Shown here: piece after piece, positions 10,186 to 23,380 of the stretch | Position numbering within the stretch: the first letter of the stretch is position 1 | How the letters are laid out: each line of letters begins with the position of its first letter | The notes under the pieces: model-generated | Database searches by the model: none | The model's input: the letters and a program-made list of their open reading frames with translations, nothing else | Told to the model about the DNA's origin: nothing | Assembly (NCBI RefSeq): GCF_964194025.1 | Contig: NC_134469.1 | Coordinates: forward strand, 66,960,001 to 67,024,000 | DNA length: 64,000 nucleotides | Direction: 5' to 3' | DNA from: Convolutriloba macropyga | Lineage: Eukaryota | Made by a program: the position numbers and the translations under genes

Positions 10186-12713
10186 TACAAGGCGTCTCAG
10201 CAATGTGCGATGGCACATAAGGTTCCAACCCCGCCCATCCACAATTTTGGCATAATTGTCTACCAAATGAGGAACAGCTAGAAAACCCAAAAATTATATT
10301 TTGGGAATCCCAAAAAAGCCCAAGTATTTTTCAAAAAAATTGTGCATCAACGATAAGATAGCCTCCAAAGCAAATAACTCAGTGGCGTAAAAGTTGAAGC
10401 ATTAAATGGCTGTGATATGCCAATATTAAGAAAGCGAGTCAAGACGAACAGCAAAATCAAACAACAACAACAAAAAAAATTAATTACATCAAAAACTTTT
10501 TGTCCGTTTCAAAAAACAAAATTCAATAACATTAATTCAATAAGTCAACATACCGTCAGATGAACCTAAAAATAAACAAAATAACTTATAAATCACCAGA
10601 AAAGATATGGACCAGTCCATAAAAAAGTTTGGTAACAATTAGACAAAAAAGAACAAAAACAGTAAAGTTAAAAATTTCGCTTATTTTTTGAAAAACAACT
10701 AACTTCAAAGTAATTAAAACCATTAGAAATCAAGTAAAGTATCCCAAAGATACAATTACCAATGCTTCTATAGAAGGGCATTATGACCTGTCCTTATTCA
10801 TTTCTTTAAGCGGCTAAAAAGAACAACAAAGAAACAACAAACAAAAATTCAACTGAAACTTGCTGTCAAAACCGTCAAGTCATATTTCTGTCAAAACCGT
10901 CAAGCCATATTTCGGCCCTCAAAATATATTCGTTTGCACCTTCTTCAAACATCAATAATGTAGTATTTGGCCATTTTTAGTGAGACTAGGTAACGAGTAG
11001 ACAAAAAAGAGAAAAGTGCAAAAGTATGTAATAATTTTGATTTTTTTTTCGAAACAAATTTATATCCGAAGTCATGAAAAACATTAATTACAAAATGAAA
11101 TATTTAAATAGGGTCGTTTATTCATTCAGAGGAATTCTTTGAGACCTGCAATTATCCAGAATAATTCTTGCGTCTACAAGAAGAACGTCAAACATGACAA
11201 AAATCAAATTAATTTACTTTTGTGAAAAACTGGTGTCGAATTCAGTAAGGTCATAACGCATTCTTTAAAATAGATTTCGGGACATTAATCCCTTTTGACG
11301 CCTTCCCTTGACACCCATAATGTCATATCTGACCTGTAATTAACGAGATTAGGTACCAATAAGAAAAATAAAAACTTGCGAAGTTGAAAAGTTTTTTTAT
11401 TTTTAGTTTTGGAAAACGATTGTGTTCAAAGTCATGAAAGCCATCAGCTTTCTACTAATATCAGAATATCGGCTCGTCTGTTGTTCCATTAAAAAAAACC
11501 ATTGAAACCTATCACCATACAGGATTTTTCATACAACTGAAATGACAAAGTAAGAATGACAGTTAAAGACAAATTAAAAAATTCAAATAATTTCTTGAAA
11601 CTGGCAAATCTGGCAAATCTCTGAAAACAAAAAAAATCTGAAATCTAGTAGTATCAAAGCCAGAAAATAATAACTTCAGGCTTAAAAACTTAATGGAGAC
11701 TAAATGTCTAATCAGTAGAATGAAGAAGCATTCTTTCTTTGCTGACACAAAGCTGCAAGTTGACCAAATTAAGAAAAAATAGGAGGGAAAGTTCATTAAG
11801 CCATTATTTATTTTTAAAATCAATTATTTTTAAAAGTCGAAAGGATCATAAACTTTCAAGTAAAGAACTAAATGCATTAGCTTGGAGCTGCTTAGGAAGC
11901 CAATTGGACCTATCGCTCCTGAGCTTTCATTTGATATGTTCTGTTCTTTGATGGTCTTTTCAAAAAAAGATCGACTGATTGCAATCCGAATCCTTTTTGA
12001 ATTGTAACAGTCCAAGATTGGCCGAAAACTAGACCTGCTAATGCTTATTGTCCGTTAGGACCTATTGATTTCTCGAATATTGTAGATTTAGATAATTTGT
12101 TAGTTGAAAATTCTGCTTTTTGACAGTAAACGAGTAAAGCTAGCAAAAAACGGCAAAGTTTTAATTACAGAGCACTCTCAGCGGCAGTTGAAGTAGAAAT
12201 AGCCCCCTTCTGAGTCTACAAAGATTTTATTGGTGTTGCTTGGGGTTGTAGTGCCGGCAAATTTTTATCAAAGTGGACTAAAGTAGCTTATTTCGTGCTG
12301 TTTTTGATGAAAGAGGCTGAATTTTGAAATTTTGATCCAGAGTTTTTGACCAAAAAAAATAAATCAGAATAAGCAATAAGGCTTGTTTGTCCTCAAAACT
12401 AAAATCAACGACACAATTAGAAATTTTAACAAATTTTAACAAAACTGACGAAAAATTAGGCAAAAATTTCGGAAAATGTGAATAAAACAACGTGGATTCA
12501 CTCTACTTTTTTCAGAAGTTAACCTCGATAACTCCCTGTAGAAAACGAAAATTAAGAAACTCTTTTTAATTCCATATTCTACGCTGGACGAGCTTTCTGA
12601 TGATACCAGTCTCAACTCTCTACGATGAATATATCGATCGGCGAAAATTGACTGAACAAAAAAAACCCATTTGTGTATATAGTTCCTCCCCCCTCAAGAG
12701 GGGTCGGAACAAT
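10186..12713 (-). mobile_element. HINE family C element (minus strand)
   Basis: On the minus strand it starts ttgttccgacc followed by a hairpin (cccctcttgagggg). It ends with subTIR ggttggaac, palindrome atgtgccatcgcacat and ...ccttg. Both ends and sub-terminal blocks are shared with the copy at 14841-17060. Confidence 0.65.
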
Positions 12714-13373
12714 AATTTATAATTATATAGGCTTGATTATTTATATAATAATTAATACAATTGAGTTTCTGTAATCGCGCATGAGTCAATCAAATGATCA
12801 AGAGTTATTGTTCATCTGAACTTAAGTCAACTTTCCTTGTTTTTACCAAAAAATGTGACCGATAGCGGTGGTTCTGGGGAAGACAGGCCTAATTAGTTGC
12901 CCGTTTACTGCTGTATGGAAGTACAGATTTTAAAGAAATTTTGAAAATTTCTAATTTTATGCAAAAGTCTATCTGCTTCAACATATCAACGAAATTTCAT
13001 CTCATGCATTAACCTTTCTTTTGTCATTTTTGTCAGTTGCGTCTTCGCTGGATAATGAATCATGGTTTGCTGTTCAGTGGGGCCGGAACATTTTGCACTA
13101 ACTCAGTACCGAGCCGCTTTGTCTTTCTCTCTGTTCAATCAAACACCCTCAAAACAATTTTTCTTCGCTTTTTGTCAATCACTTTAGCTTTTTCAAAAAC
13201 AACTGTCTTCAGAAACAGTAGTAAATTGATAACATGCTTTGTTTTTAAATGATTTGGACTAGATAGTTTTTTTGTGAATGAATCATCACGACAAGCCGAT
13301 AGAACCGATTTATGTTACAAATTAGAGCAAAATTACAAACAAAATATTTCAGATCTAATTTAATTTATTGTTA

Positions 13374-13909
13374 TTAATAGCCGCCTCATCTTCTCAGCCG
13401 GCTATTATAGCGCTCCTATTTTTTTTACTTCGTCGAATAAAAAAATGTTTCGCTTTACCTCATTTTGCCGCCTTTTCAACATTTTGCGTGAAATCTTTTT
13501 GACTTCTCTAGGCTAGTTTCTCTCTTCTCTCATTCTGCTAAAAGTGATTTTGAACATCAGTTGCTCAGCAAAGCAATTCAAAATGAACAGTCAGTATAAA
13601 AAATTGAAGTCAGAAATAGAAACGGGATAAACCCATAAAGCCCAATTTTAGATGCCCGCTATTTGAACGTCGGTCCTATAAGTATTAGTTACCTCTCTCT
13701 AATGCTGATTGTTATTGATAGTAGCCCCTGTAGCCTCTCTCTAAGAAATAGAAGTATGTTCAACTACGAAATGCCATCAAAATAAATCGGACTTAAAAAA
13801 ATGTTTTTGTACGAAAATCTTTTTTTTTCAATATCTTCTGTTATTTCAATCCCAGTCATGCTTATTGGAATCAACGGCGGCTATTTTCCGGCAATCTGCC
13901 GGGTATGTT
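13374..13909 (+). mobile_element. HINE family A element (complete ends)
   Basis: 5' ttaatagccgcc...cggctatt forms a subTIR plus nearby inverted copy. 3' ggcggctatt is followed by hairpin ccggcaatctgccgg and gtatgttt. T-rich flanks and no TSD match the Helentron/DINE-1 architecture. Confidence 0.75.
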
Positions 13910-14093
13910 TTTGATTAAATTCCAGTGTATTTGAACGCTTGTGTTTTGGAAATATTGCGTTTTCGTTAAAAAAAGAAATGGCAAGATTTCAAAAAGTTAG
14001 AAACATTAATTTTTGCAAATTTGCACAATGAAAAAACACGAATTCAATGATAGAACTTACAGTGATAGATCTACAAGTTCTGAAGAAAATATC

Positions 14094-14224
14094 GCAACAA
14101 AAGACCTTTTCTAGTAATTGGGTGACTTGTTGCCATTTTGTTTGTTATTAATGACCATTTGTTACATATCAAACAAACAAAATGGCAGCAGGTGACCCAA
14201 TTACTAGAAAAGGTATATTGTTGC
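14094..14224. repeat. Hairpin (arms about 50 bp, loop about 25 nt), probable small MITE
   Basis: accttttctagtaattgggtgacttgttgccattttgtttgtt pairs with aacaaacaaaatggcagcaggtgacccaattactagaaaaggt. Confidence 0.8.
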
Positions 14225-14529
14225 CGATGTTTTCTTGTAAGAAAATAAGAACTTTCCGCTTCAAAGGAATGTACAGCATTTTTTGGTAAATTTGAAGACG
14301 TATGTCTATGCTCTTGAAAATGATCATGATCGGTCTTTGAGCGAACCTTTCCAAAGCACAAATTGTTTTCCTTTGGACAAAATTTTTCCTCTTCTTTCTC
14401 ACCCAATCACATGTAAAAATTGTATGGAATGTTCTAAAATTTCAGAGGTTTATAATGCTCTGAAACTTATTTCAGATTCAAATGGCTGAATTATGGACTT
14501 AAAATAACCTGCAGTTATTTGTAAAATAA

Positions 14530-14689
14530 ATGCAGATGAAAATACTTGACCTGCTAAAAACAAGGCGTTATTATGGAAAGAGCATCACGCATGAGTTGCT
14601 CCAGAGAGATGGAGTCAGTATTTGGCATCAATTTTCTCTCAACCAATGTGTAGCAGATCCAGAGCAGTTAAAGGGACAGATATTTTTGG
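14530..14689 (+). CDS. DCAF15: DCAF15 (DDB1-CUL4-associated factor 15), coding exon 1 of 4; join(14530..14689,18986..19752,20079..20511,20799..20929), 496 aa
   Basis: MQMKILDLLKTRRYYG...KGQIFLG with a phase-1 donor G|GTCAGT. Splicing to 18986 gives GQIFLGFTPDGDFLISY, matching the remembered DCAF15 GHIFLGFSKCGRYVLSY. The start could be 14530 or 14536. Confidence 0.8.
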
Positions 14690-14840
14690 GTCAGTTTTAC
14701 AGCTGGCGATCTTAACAGGATTAAGTACCAAATAAGCCGCTAGTCATTAATTGGCAAATTGCTGTTTTAAGCGGGCAAATGTACTCGCACTTCACCCGCA
14801 AGCCAAATTGACATGCGCAAATGAAAAAAAAATAATTGGT

Positions 14841-17060
14841 AAACAAGGAAGCTCGGTAATGTGCGTACACACATAATGTTCCGACCCCGCTCATCCACAT
14901 TCTTGACTTAATAATTGGCTACCAAATGATGAGATAGAACACTTTCAGAAAGATACATATCGTTCAATAAACAAAAAATGGAATAATGTCACGTTAGAGG
15001 GCCGATGAAACTTGTTGTTAGTAGGACTACTAGAAAAGACCACCATAAAAATAAATAACAAACATTAATTACGACCACAACTCGATGTCTATATTAAAAA
15101 TCATTGAAAACTCGTATCAGATAATACCTAAACAAAACAAATTAACCTATTCAATGTCTTCAATCGACTGGGTAACAGGTTGACAAAAAGAGCAAAAGGT
15201 GCGAAGTTCAAAAATAAGTTCTATTTTTGAAAGTATTTAGTTTCAAAGAGATTATTATCATTAGATAGTAATTGAGATCACTTAAAGTTTCATTTGTATC
15301 TCTTTAGAAAGCAATTAAGACCTGTCATTATCTAGTGTACGTCATACGACCACAAAAGAGGGTAAATAACTGCAAAATTAAAAAGTTCAATTCAACTTTG
15401 CGCGAAATGGCAGTGAAGCCGTTAAAACCATAAACTTGTCACTAAGAGCATTAATTGCGCAGTATTTCAATGACAATGGAACCTACTATAAATGTTATAA
15501 ATGAAAAAGAAAACAAAAATCCTTTGAAATGTACAAATATATACAAATATCAAACATTTTTTTAAATGAAATCTCGTAGTAACAGTAGAAACAAAACCGA
15601 GAACCAAGTGGTTGAAATTTAAACCGGTATGAAGATTGAATTAAAACTCAGTGGAAACGGGCTGTGATCTGTCTTTACAGAGACTAAGCTATAAAACGAT
15701 TGAAAAAAATTCAAAATGGCGAAACTGAAAAATCCAAATGTTTTTGAAAACAAATGTTTTAAAAGTCATAAGACTTAAGATTTCAACAAAGAGATGGATT
15801 AAGATGCATTAACTTAGGTAGCCAGTTGGGCCTAATATTAATGAGACTAAATGACGAGACTACAAATACAGGCAGAAGCTAAAACTTCACAAACAATTTT
15901 ACGACACCAGTGTTCAAGGCACTATATTTAGATGTTTTCTGCAAGTCATCACTTGCTTGTCATCTGAACATCAGTGGGTATTTCCTTTTAGAGGACTACG
16001 GAAAAGTTACAACAAAAAGAAACCCAAAAATTGAACAGTATAGAAATTTTATTGAATTTAAATGGTCGAAGCCATCAAAACATATAACCAACAGAGAAAA
16101 ATGTTTGAATCACAAAAGTATTTGAGAGTTCTCAATTGGTAGGTTGAGTTACACGTGACGAAAATGCGAGCAAGCAAAAAGGAGAAAGTTTAAAACCTTT
16201 TTTAAAAAGTTAATTTGAATGTCATTGAAGCAAATAGCTCCAAACTGAAATCTTTAAATAGGTTCACTTATACGTTATGAAGAGGCAATTGAGACATATA
16301 ATTATCAGTTTTATGTCAAACAACAACAAAAAGAAGGACAAACTTTGAATAAAATCCACTAAATTTTGCTACAGAACTGTGTCTCAGCGCAAAAGCATAA
16401 ACTGTTCAACCAAAACAATTAACATATTCAGATTTGCCTTTTTTCAATACTGTGCATTTTCCGAACTGTGCTTTTCTTCATTTGGACCTGTCAATACGTT
16501 GGTAATTCGACAAGGAAACAAAATGAAAAAAAAGAAAACTCTTATCAAAACAAAGAAACCGATAGTTAAATATAAAACCGTTACAGGCATTAAATTATAC
16601 CTCATAGGAAATGGGTTTCCGCCTGTTTTTACTAAGAATACCCCAAAATTGAGAGAAATAAGATAAATAGTGCTTAAATTCTAGACAATAAACTCTGATC
16701 GAACATTTCAGCAAACCTCCTATGTCTTCAAAGAGAAAATCAATCCCACTAACGTTACAATTGTAACATATTTTAGTAAAATCGACAAGAGTTTGTTCAA
16801 AAATACGGAAAATGTGAATGAAAACAAACGCATTATCGTGTCCTATTCACAAAACTTTAAACCTCCATAACTCCCTCTATAAAACGAAAATCAAAAAAAA
16901 ATTATTTCGATTTTCTACGCTGGATTTTCTACGATTTTCTTATGATACCACTCACAACTCTCTACAATGATTATATTATTGATTGGCCAAGATTGACTGG
17001 ACAACAAAACCCATTTGCTTATATAGTTCCCCTCCCCCCACTTAAGTGGAACGGAACAAT
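14841..17060 (-). mobile_element. HINE family C element in DCAF15 intron 1
   Basis: Ends are homologous to 10186-12713: caaggaagctcggtaatgtgcgtacacacataatgttccgacc at the left and tatatagttcccc...cggaacaat at the right. The sub-terminal blocks at about 12520-12690 and 16860-17030 are shared. Confidence 0.65.
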
Positions 17061-18985
17061 GAGGGCATAAAAGTCCCCCGGATTACTAATTGCAGATTAA
17101 AACGTCATGGCTCTTTATAAGTTTGGTTTATAATTGAGTAATTAATAACAAAATTTGCCAAATAAGGCTTCGGCTAATTGAAACACTTTTCCGTGGAAAA
17201 TAGTTGCCAAAGGTTGGCATGCTAGAACAGCTATTTGATAAGTAATGTAAAAATTTTATCGGTGTTGTTCGAGTTGTTCTGAAGTGTACAAGGATTTCAA
17301 AGCGTTATTATCGAGTTGATTTTTGTTTCTATTGCTCTCGAACGAAGGAAATATTGGAAACGTATGTTTTTTTGTTATGCGAAATTTCGGGTTGACCGCT
17401 TTGACTTTTTAGCTAGAACAATCGAGCTTGAGCGGGTTCAAAAACTGTTCAAGCGATAGGTCATTAAGCCTTTCAACAGCTCTCATAGAATTTAATTATG
17501 TTCAAAGTGTGAGGTTGAGCAAAGCTGCTGAAAAACGCTTGAGGAGACAGATTTTCATGATTTGAAGGGTGACCGTGAATATTTTTTTCATTATTTAGAA
17601 CTTAAATCGGGGTCAAATAATAGGAGTTGAAACTTATTCGGGGGTGAAGGGGGGATCCTTGCCAAGTGTTGCTGCTGCAGTGTTGGAAAATTTTGTGCAC
17701 CTGTTGATTGGAAAATTTTGTGCACCTGTTAATTTTTTTTCAACTTTTCATCGAAAAATGGTGAAATGTTTATGCGAGGCTAGCTTTTTATTAGTCTATT
17801 TTTCGATTTTTCTTTCGCGTCGCAGCGAAGAAAGACAGGCCATTTTTTGGTTCCTAGTGTGAAAGTTTAATTTGTTTTAAAATTTGCTGTATTTCAAGAG
17901 TTTGTAAAAGGGGGAGAGACACTTTATCTTTCTAGAGTAAATTTGAAAAGGAAAAAGACACAGGTGAATGGTGAAGTGGTTTTATTGGAAAAGTTCTGAT
18001 TTTCTTGAGCTCCATTTTACAACTTTCCTAAATTAGCAATATTGAAATTTTGTTTAATTTTTTCTCAACTCCACTTTTTTTGATTTTGCTAGATTTAAAA
18101 ATTATCATTTGATTTGTTCAATTTTTAATGAATAGAATTTATTTGAGGTACTTAAGATTTAGCGGAGTTAAGTATTTGTTAAATTTAAATAAAAAAATTT
18201 AAAGTTTTGAATATAAACTAAATTCACATTTTTTTTCTGATTTCTATTCCATCTCTGACTGAATTTAAAAGTTTTTTTTCTTGTTTGAGAACGCTAATCA
18301 TTTTAAAACCAAAAAGATGTGAACGAATGTGGATTTAATGGTATTAAAAAATCAGTGCAAAAATTTTCAAAAGATAAGTTTAGTTATCTTTGTTGATCAT
18401 CTTTTTTACTTAACTATCTGCATTTTTTGTCTAATCTACAAACTGTCTCTCAAGTGTTTGACAGTTTTTCCTTTCGATGAACATATTTATTGAGATTTTT
18501 AAGGTCCAGACTTTTGCTGTTACTTCGTTTGCTTTTGATTCCGAGAGACCGACTTTATTTTCAAATGAAGAGAATGTGAATGTTTCCAAAGAAGTGAATG
18601 TTTCCAAAGTGAATGAATTTACGCAGTTCATGATCCGAAGTGGGCGTTTTTGTTATTGTGGGCTATTTGACGGAGTTAATCTAATTTTCAGCTTCCGGAT
18701 TGTTCTTGTTTAATTGTTGATTTTCATTTTTCACTTAAGAGCCATTTATCGGAATTATAGTTGAGGGTTATCAATTTTAACATTATTTATATAAAAAGAG
18801 CAAGGTACCCAATGCTTCCTTTAAATTGTAACTGCTTCTATTTAGTTTAGGATGATCGTAGAAAACAATTCTGAAATAGCAAATAATATTTTTGACAAGC
18901 CTGATCTCTGCTACGTACGAACTTTCACCAGCTGCCTCGTTAGTTTGATCTTTGGTGAGTGTGCGGTAAAACTCTATCTTTTCAG

Positions 18986-19752
18986 GGTTCACGCCAGATG
19001 GTGATTTTTTGATTTCATACACGGCACGGCTGGTACAAAATGATGAAATATTTGACATGTACTCATATTCATTGTATTGGTGGCTGGTCGAACGGTTGTC
19101 GGGTGAGAATCGTGTCAGTATCAAAGTTGCCAAGATGTGTCCCCTGTTTAATGGCCAAAATTTGTCATCAAAAGTTGTGATTTGGATTCACTGTTGGCCA
19201 AATGACGTCAGTAAAATCATCGTCCATGGTATTGACCGCAGCTCCAGTTTGTCAGTTCACATAAATGCTGGGATTTCCACCACTGAAGATGTTGAGTATG
19301 AATCCTTGATAGATGTTTTGCCGAATCCTTCCTTACGAGCTGTTAAAACGAACTCAAAATGTGACCGACATGATTGGAGGGTCTCAATTTCGGTACCCAC
19401 TCAGAGCTCATTCATGCTGCCAATATTTTATAGAGATTTTTGTGTTATTAATGATGGGCTCGTTTATACAAATGGCTTTAGTGTGAAGTTTATTGCATTT
19501 ATTTTTGATGCCGCAAATGATGACGAAGAATTCCAGAATTCAAGCACAGCTGTCAGAGAAGAGAACGGCAGAAGTTTTTGCTGTGGAACCATTAAATCTG
19601 AATCACTAGACGTTAGCTGTGTGTACAGATCTACTATGCGTCTGGACAAAGCGAGGTTTTTGAACTGTTTGGATTGTTTTCCGCTGAGAAATGATGCGAG
19701 ACATCCAAACTTTTGCTACACGAGAACTCTCGGCGCATCCGAATCTGATCAG
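18986..19752 (+). CDS. DCAF15: DCAF15 coding exon 2
   Basis: Acceptor ttttcag| and donor CAG|GTACAT (phase 0). YSYSLYWW and CWPNDVSKIIVHG match remembered DCAF15 YIYHLYWW and EWPSDASKVIVFG. Confidence 0.9.
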
Positions 19753-20078
19753 GTACATTATTTCTTGTTCTTTAGATGTTGAGAATCCTTACTATATTTC
19801 TTGTGATTCAATCGGGTTGAAATCAGCCTATTTCAATTTTGTTATTTTTTTATGATCAGAGAAAACAAGAAGCGCTTTCCAATTCTAGGTTGATAAATTC
19901 TTATGACCAATTTTTGTTCTAAGACTTTACAAAATCTGCGATATGCCCTTGCTGAAACTTTTTGCCTATGAAATCAATTTCACTGAGGTGCAATTATGTG
20001 CCGTATTGCGTTCAATGTAAGAGGATTTTGCATACAGATCATCTTTAGCCTCAACTCTCACTCTCTGTCTTTTTTCAG

Positions 20079-20511
20079 ACTGTCAGCTCTCTTATAGTGG
20101 ACTTTATAGAAGGAGGTGAGTTGAGGGAAGCTCGAACACAGTCTGAAGATTCAAAATGTGGGCACGTGCAGGTAACTGAAGTGAGCATTGGAATTGAGGA
20201 AATGGTGGAGTCAATTTTGACTCACAAACTGTATGCAGTGCAGAAGGAACACAATCTTGAACTGATGCTTGCCGATTACACGACTATTATTTTGACAGTT
20301 TGTCCTCAGTCTCATATCGTAATATTTAAAACACCTGTTGTTTTTATGGATCGAAACACCGGATGCTCGTTCAAGTCGTCATTTGTGATCAAATGGAACT
20401 TCATTTCGGGCAAGTTTGAGGTTCTGAAGAGTTCTGGACTGTCCAAATGTAGCTCAAAGCAGATCGATTACCACAGGGACGTGAAGCCCTTAATTCAGCG
20501 CAAATGGAGGG
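20079..20511 (+). CDS. DCAF15: DCAF15 coding exon 3
   Basis: Acceptor tttttcag| and donor G|GTGAGT (phase 1). DYTTIILTVCPQS and KWNFISGKFEV match remembered DCAF15 DYDIVILEVCPET and AWDLNTGIFET. Confidence 0.9.
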
Positions 20512-20798
20512 GTGAGTAAATGGGTAGTTTATCAAAATTTTAGGATCTAGCGAACCTGTCGATTTGTATCGCACATTGATGATAATAAGAAGCTATCAAT
20601 CTAATTTTTAAAAAAAATGCTGTAATTGATTTTTGTGAATCGGTATTCTGTGTAAATTTTGTGCGATTTGCTTCCAGCATCTCCACGTCTAAGTTTGAAA
20701 TTGCAGTGACATCACAAAGTCATCTTGTAGGCTTCAAATGAGCTAGATATATGCTCAATTGATATTCTCACAATGTTACGCACTGTTGACTGTTTCAG

Positions 20799-20929
20799 AC
20801 TCCTTGAGAGACCTGAGGCTGCCCTTGACTGATGTGGCACAGTCTTATGACAACAACCTTCCATTTCTCATGGGAGTGTCGAAGAAGTGTCTTTACAACA
20901 AGCGCAATAATATGGTTTTGAAACTATGA
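20799..20929 (+). CDS. DCAF15: DCAF15 last coding exon
   Basis: Phase-compatible acceptor tgtttcag|. Encodes DSLRDLRLPLTDVAQSYDNNLPFLMGVSKKCLYNKRNNMVLKL*, comparable to the DCAF15 C-terminal GxSxKxL. Not in the ORF track. Confidence 0.8.
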
Positions 20930-22512
20930 TTACATTGTTTTCCGTTCGTTGTTTTAATCTAATATGATGTTGCTTAGCTTAATTACATTACTTCTCTTTG
21001 AAATAATTGATTGAAATTTACGAGTGATTTTACTTCTCGAAGAACTTTAGTAGCTACTATTTGACCCTGCACAACGTCGTCTCTAAAAAACATTTTGCAA
21101 GCCAATCAAACAAAAAATACCTGCAAAAAGTTATCTAACGCATTAGACAGCGAAAGTTGCGAAAGTTGCCTTCATGTTTCCGATGCCGGACTTCTGTAGG
21201 GGACCTGCATTAATTCTTCAGTAGATGTAATCCAATAATATCGAAATGCTTATCAAGACTAACCGTGTGTTGTTCTTTTAACTGCACGAAAGTGGGTCCT
21301 GTTTACCCTTTTCTTGTCCGATTTGACATTGTTTGCAAAATTTTTAAATATAGTACTTTAATAAAGGAAATCAGTTCACAACTTAACCTTTTCACGTTCA
21401 GATGTGAGGAGGATTTTAAATAGCACTCGCAGCCTCCCAACGGCTATTATTCAGGCGCTCTCCTTTTACGACTCGAAGAGGAGTATTGGATGAGCGTCTT
21501 TGATCGGTAATTTTTTGGAGTGTATTTGAAACAGGAAGTGAAATGCGTGAAATTAAAGTGTTCAAGTCCATTTCGTGAAGAGTGGAGAGAAGAGATAGTG
21601 GTTTTCTGATCATGCTATTTTTGGACAGAGAAAGACAGAGAGAGCGAGAAAAGTGAAAAAACAATTTGTTAAGCGAGCAAATGTTTTTGATCACGTGCAG
21701 TATTTTCAAAGCAGTTTTTTAGTTTAAACTCCAATTTGTCGGTCAAAGACGGCTGTATCGTTTACCCAATCTAGGAATCTTGCGTTTGAATGCTTTTTGA
21801 CCATCTGAATCAAATAATGATGTTTTAGATTCATTCTTGAGCTATTTTTTTTTACATTTTGCCATGTTTTAAGCTTTTTTAAGCAGTTTTTGTTTTCTTC
21901 GAATTTTTCTAGCATGTGGGGAGTTCCGTCGTTGAAACTAGCTGTTTTAATGGTTTCGGTTGGCTGGCGATATAATTCTTTCTGATTTTGCGCCTTTTTT
22001 TAAACGATAAGTAAACGACTAATTTTAAGCAATTTTACAGATTTTTGTCTTTTTTAGTTTGAATGTTTTTGCTCATTATTAGCTTGTCGCTCAAGTTTTA
22101 CTTGTTCAATCTTGAAGTTGTAGTTTTTACAGGTTTTTCTCCTAAAAGGTGCTATTGAAGGTCAGAGAGGGCACTTTCACTGGGATAGATAATACATATT
22201 TCTTGTTTTTTTCGGCGTCTTTTTTCTTGTTCTTTGCTTTTTTGGAGTTTACCAGGTGTTGGGTGGTTAAATGCCTGTACAGAAGCAGCGATACAGTTTA
22301 GTTGCCAGTTATTTGAGGGGAAATATCATTTTATCATTTTGTGAATAATTTTTTCTGCATTTCTTTTTCCTTTCCTCAGTTTTCTCTGATCATTTGTGTT
22401 ACTCTTTCTGTCTTTTAGTGAGAACTAACTCTGTCGAAAGGTTTTTACCGCTATTTGTTTTGGAGCCGCAATTAGTAACGAAGTTTTCATCAGGTTTTTT
22501 TTCAGTTATTGT

Positions 22513-23002
22513 TGATTGCTCTCAAGCAAAGTTTATAGCAATTATATTAGTCCTGTCGGTCTTTTTAATGCAATTTGTCTGACCAGTTTGACTTTTAGTC
22601 CACAAAACAGGATAAACGGGTAGGGCCCAGCGAGCTTTAAGTGCTCTTAGAGCCTTTCAGCTCACTAGTCTCCAAGTCTGCGATTCACAGAAACTGTTTA
22701 ATACTTTTGGTGTGAAGGGCGGTTCTTGGAGTTCTTGCAGGTTGACCCCACAACCCCTCCACCACATCAGCTCCTCTCACGTCACCCATCCGCAGCCCTG
22801 CACATATTTCAAGCCGCAAGGGCGCCGTGCAGCTAAAATTTGCCCTCCCACTTGCCTCACCCCATCAGCCCCCCGCTTCGCTCACCTCACGCCCCTTCAA
22901 TTAGGCTGAAGCTAGCCTCGATATACCCTGACTAGCTACTGACAAAGTCAACCGCTTGCCGGTCGTTTGAGAGCAATTTGCCCGACGTCAGTCGGTTATG
23001 TT
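22513..23002 (+). mobile_element. HINE family B element (complete ends, C-rich core)
   Basis: 5' attgctctcaagcaaagtttatagcaat (subTIR + hairpin); 3' tcgtttgagagcaatt, hairpin ccgacgtcagtcgg, then ttatgtt. Confidence 0.75.
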
Positions 23003-23380
23003 TGTCAGTTTATTTTACATTGCTAATTTGCCTGTTATTGTTTCAAGTTGTTTCGCTTAATCAAGAGGTTCATTGTAATTGTTAGGTTAGTCAGTTTTGT
23101 ACTCCGGGTCGTTACCCGATCTTTCGGCTATTTTTTACAATTCAAAGAGTTTGAATTGTATTGGGGTGCGAGCTGTTCACATATTTTCATTAATTATGAG
23201 GTCCAATTGGAGTTGTGATTTTGTTCACGCCGAAACAGGAAAATGGAGCGAAAAAGTGAGTAGTTTTGCGGCGTGATTTTTTTTGCTCTAATTTTAAAAT
23301 AGTCAGAAAAATGTGTTTGAACAACAAATCGTTTTCTCGCTTGTGGTTTTTTTTCACTTGCGTTGATCCGACTGTGATTT

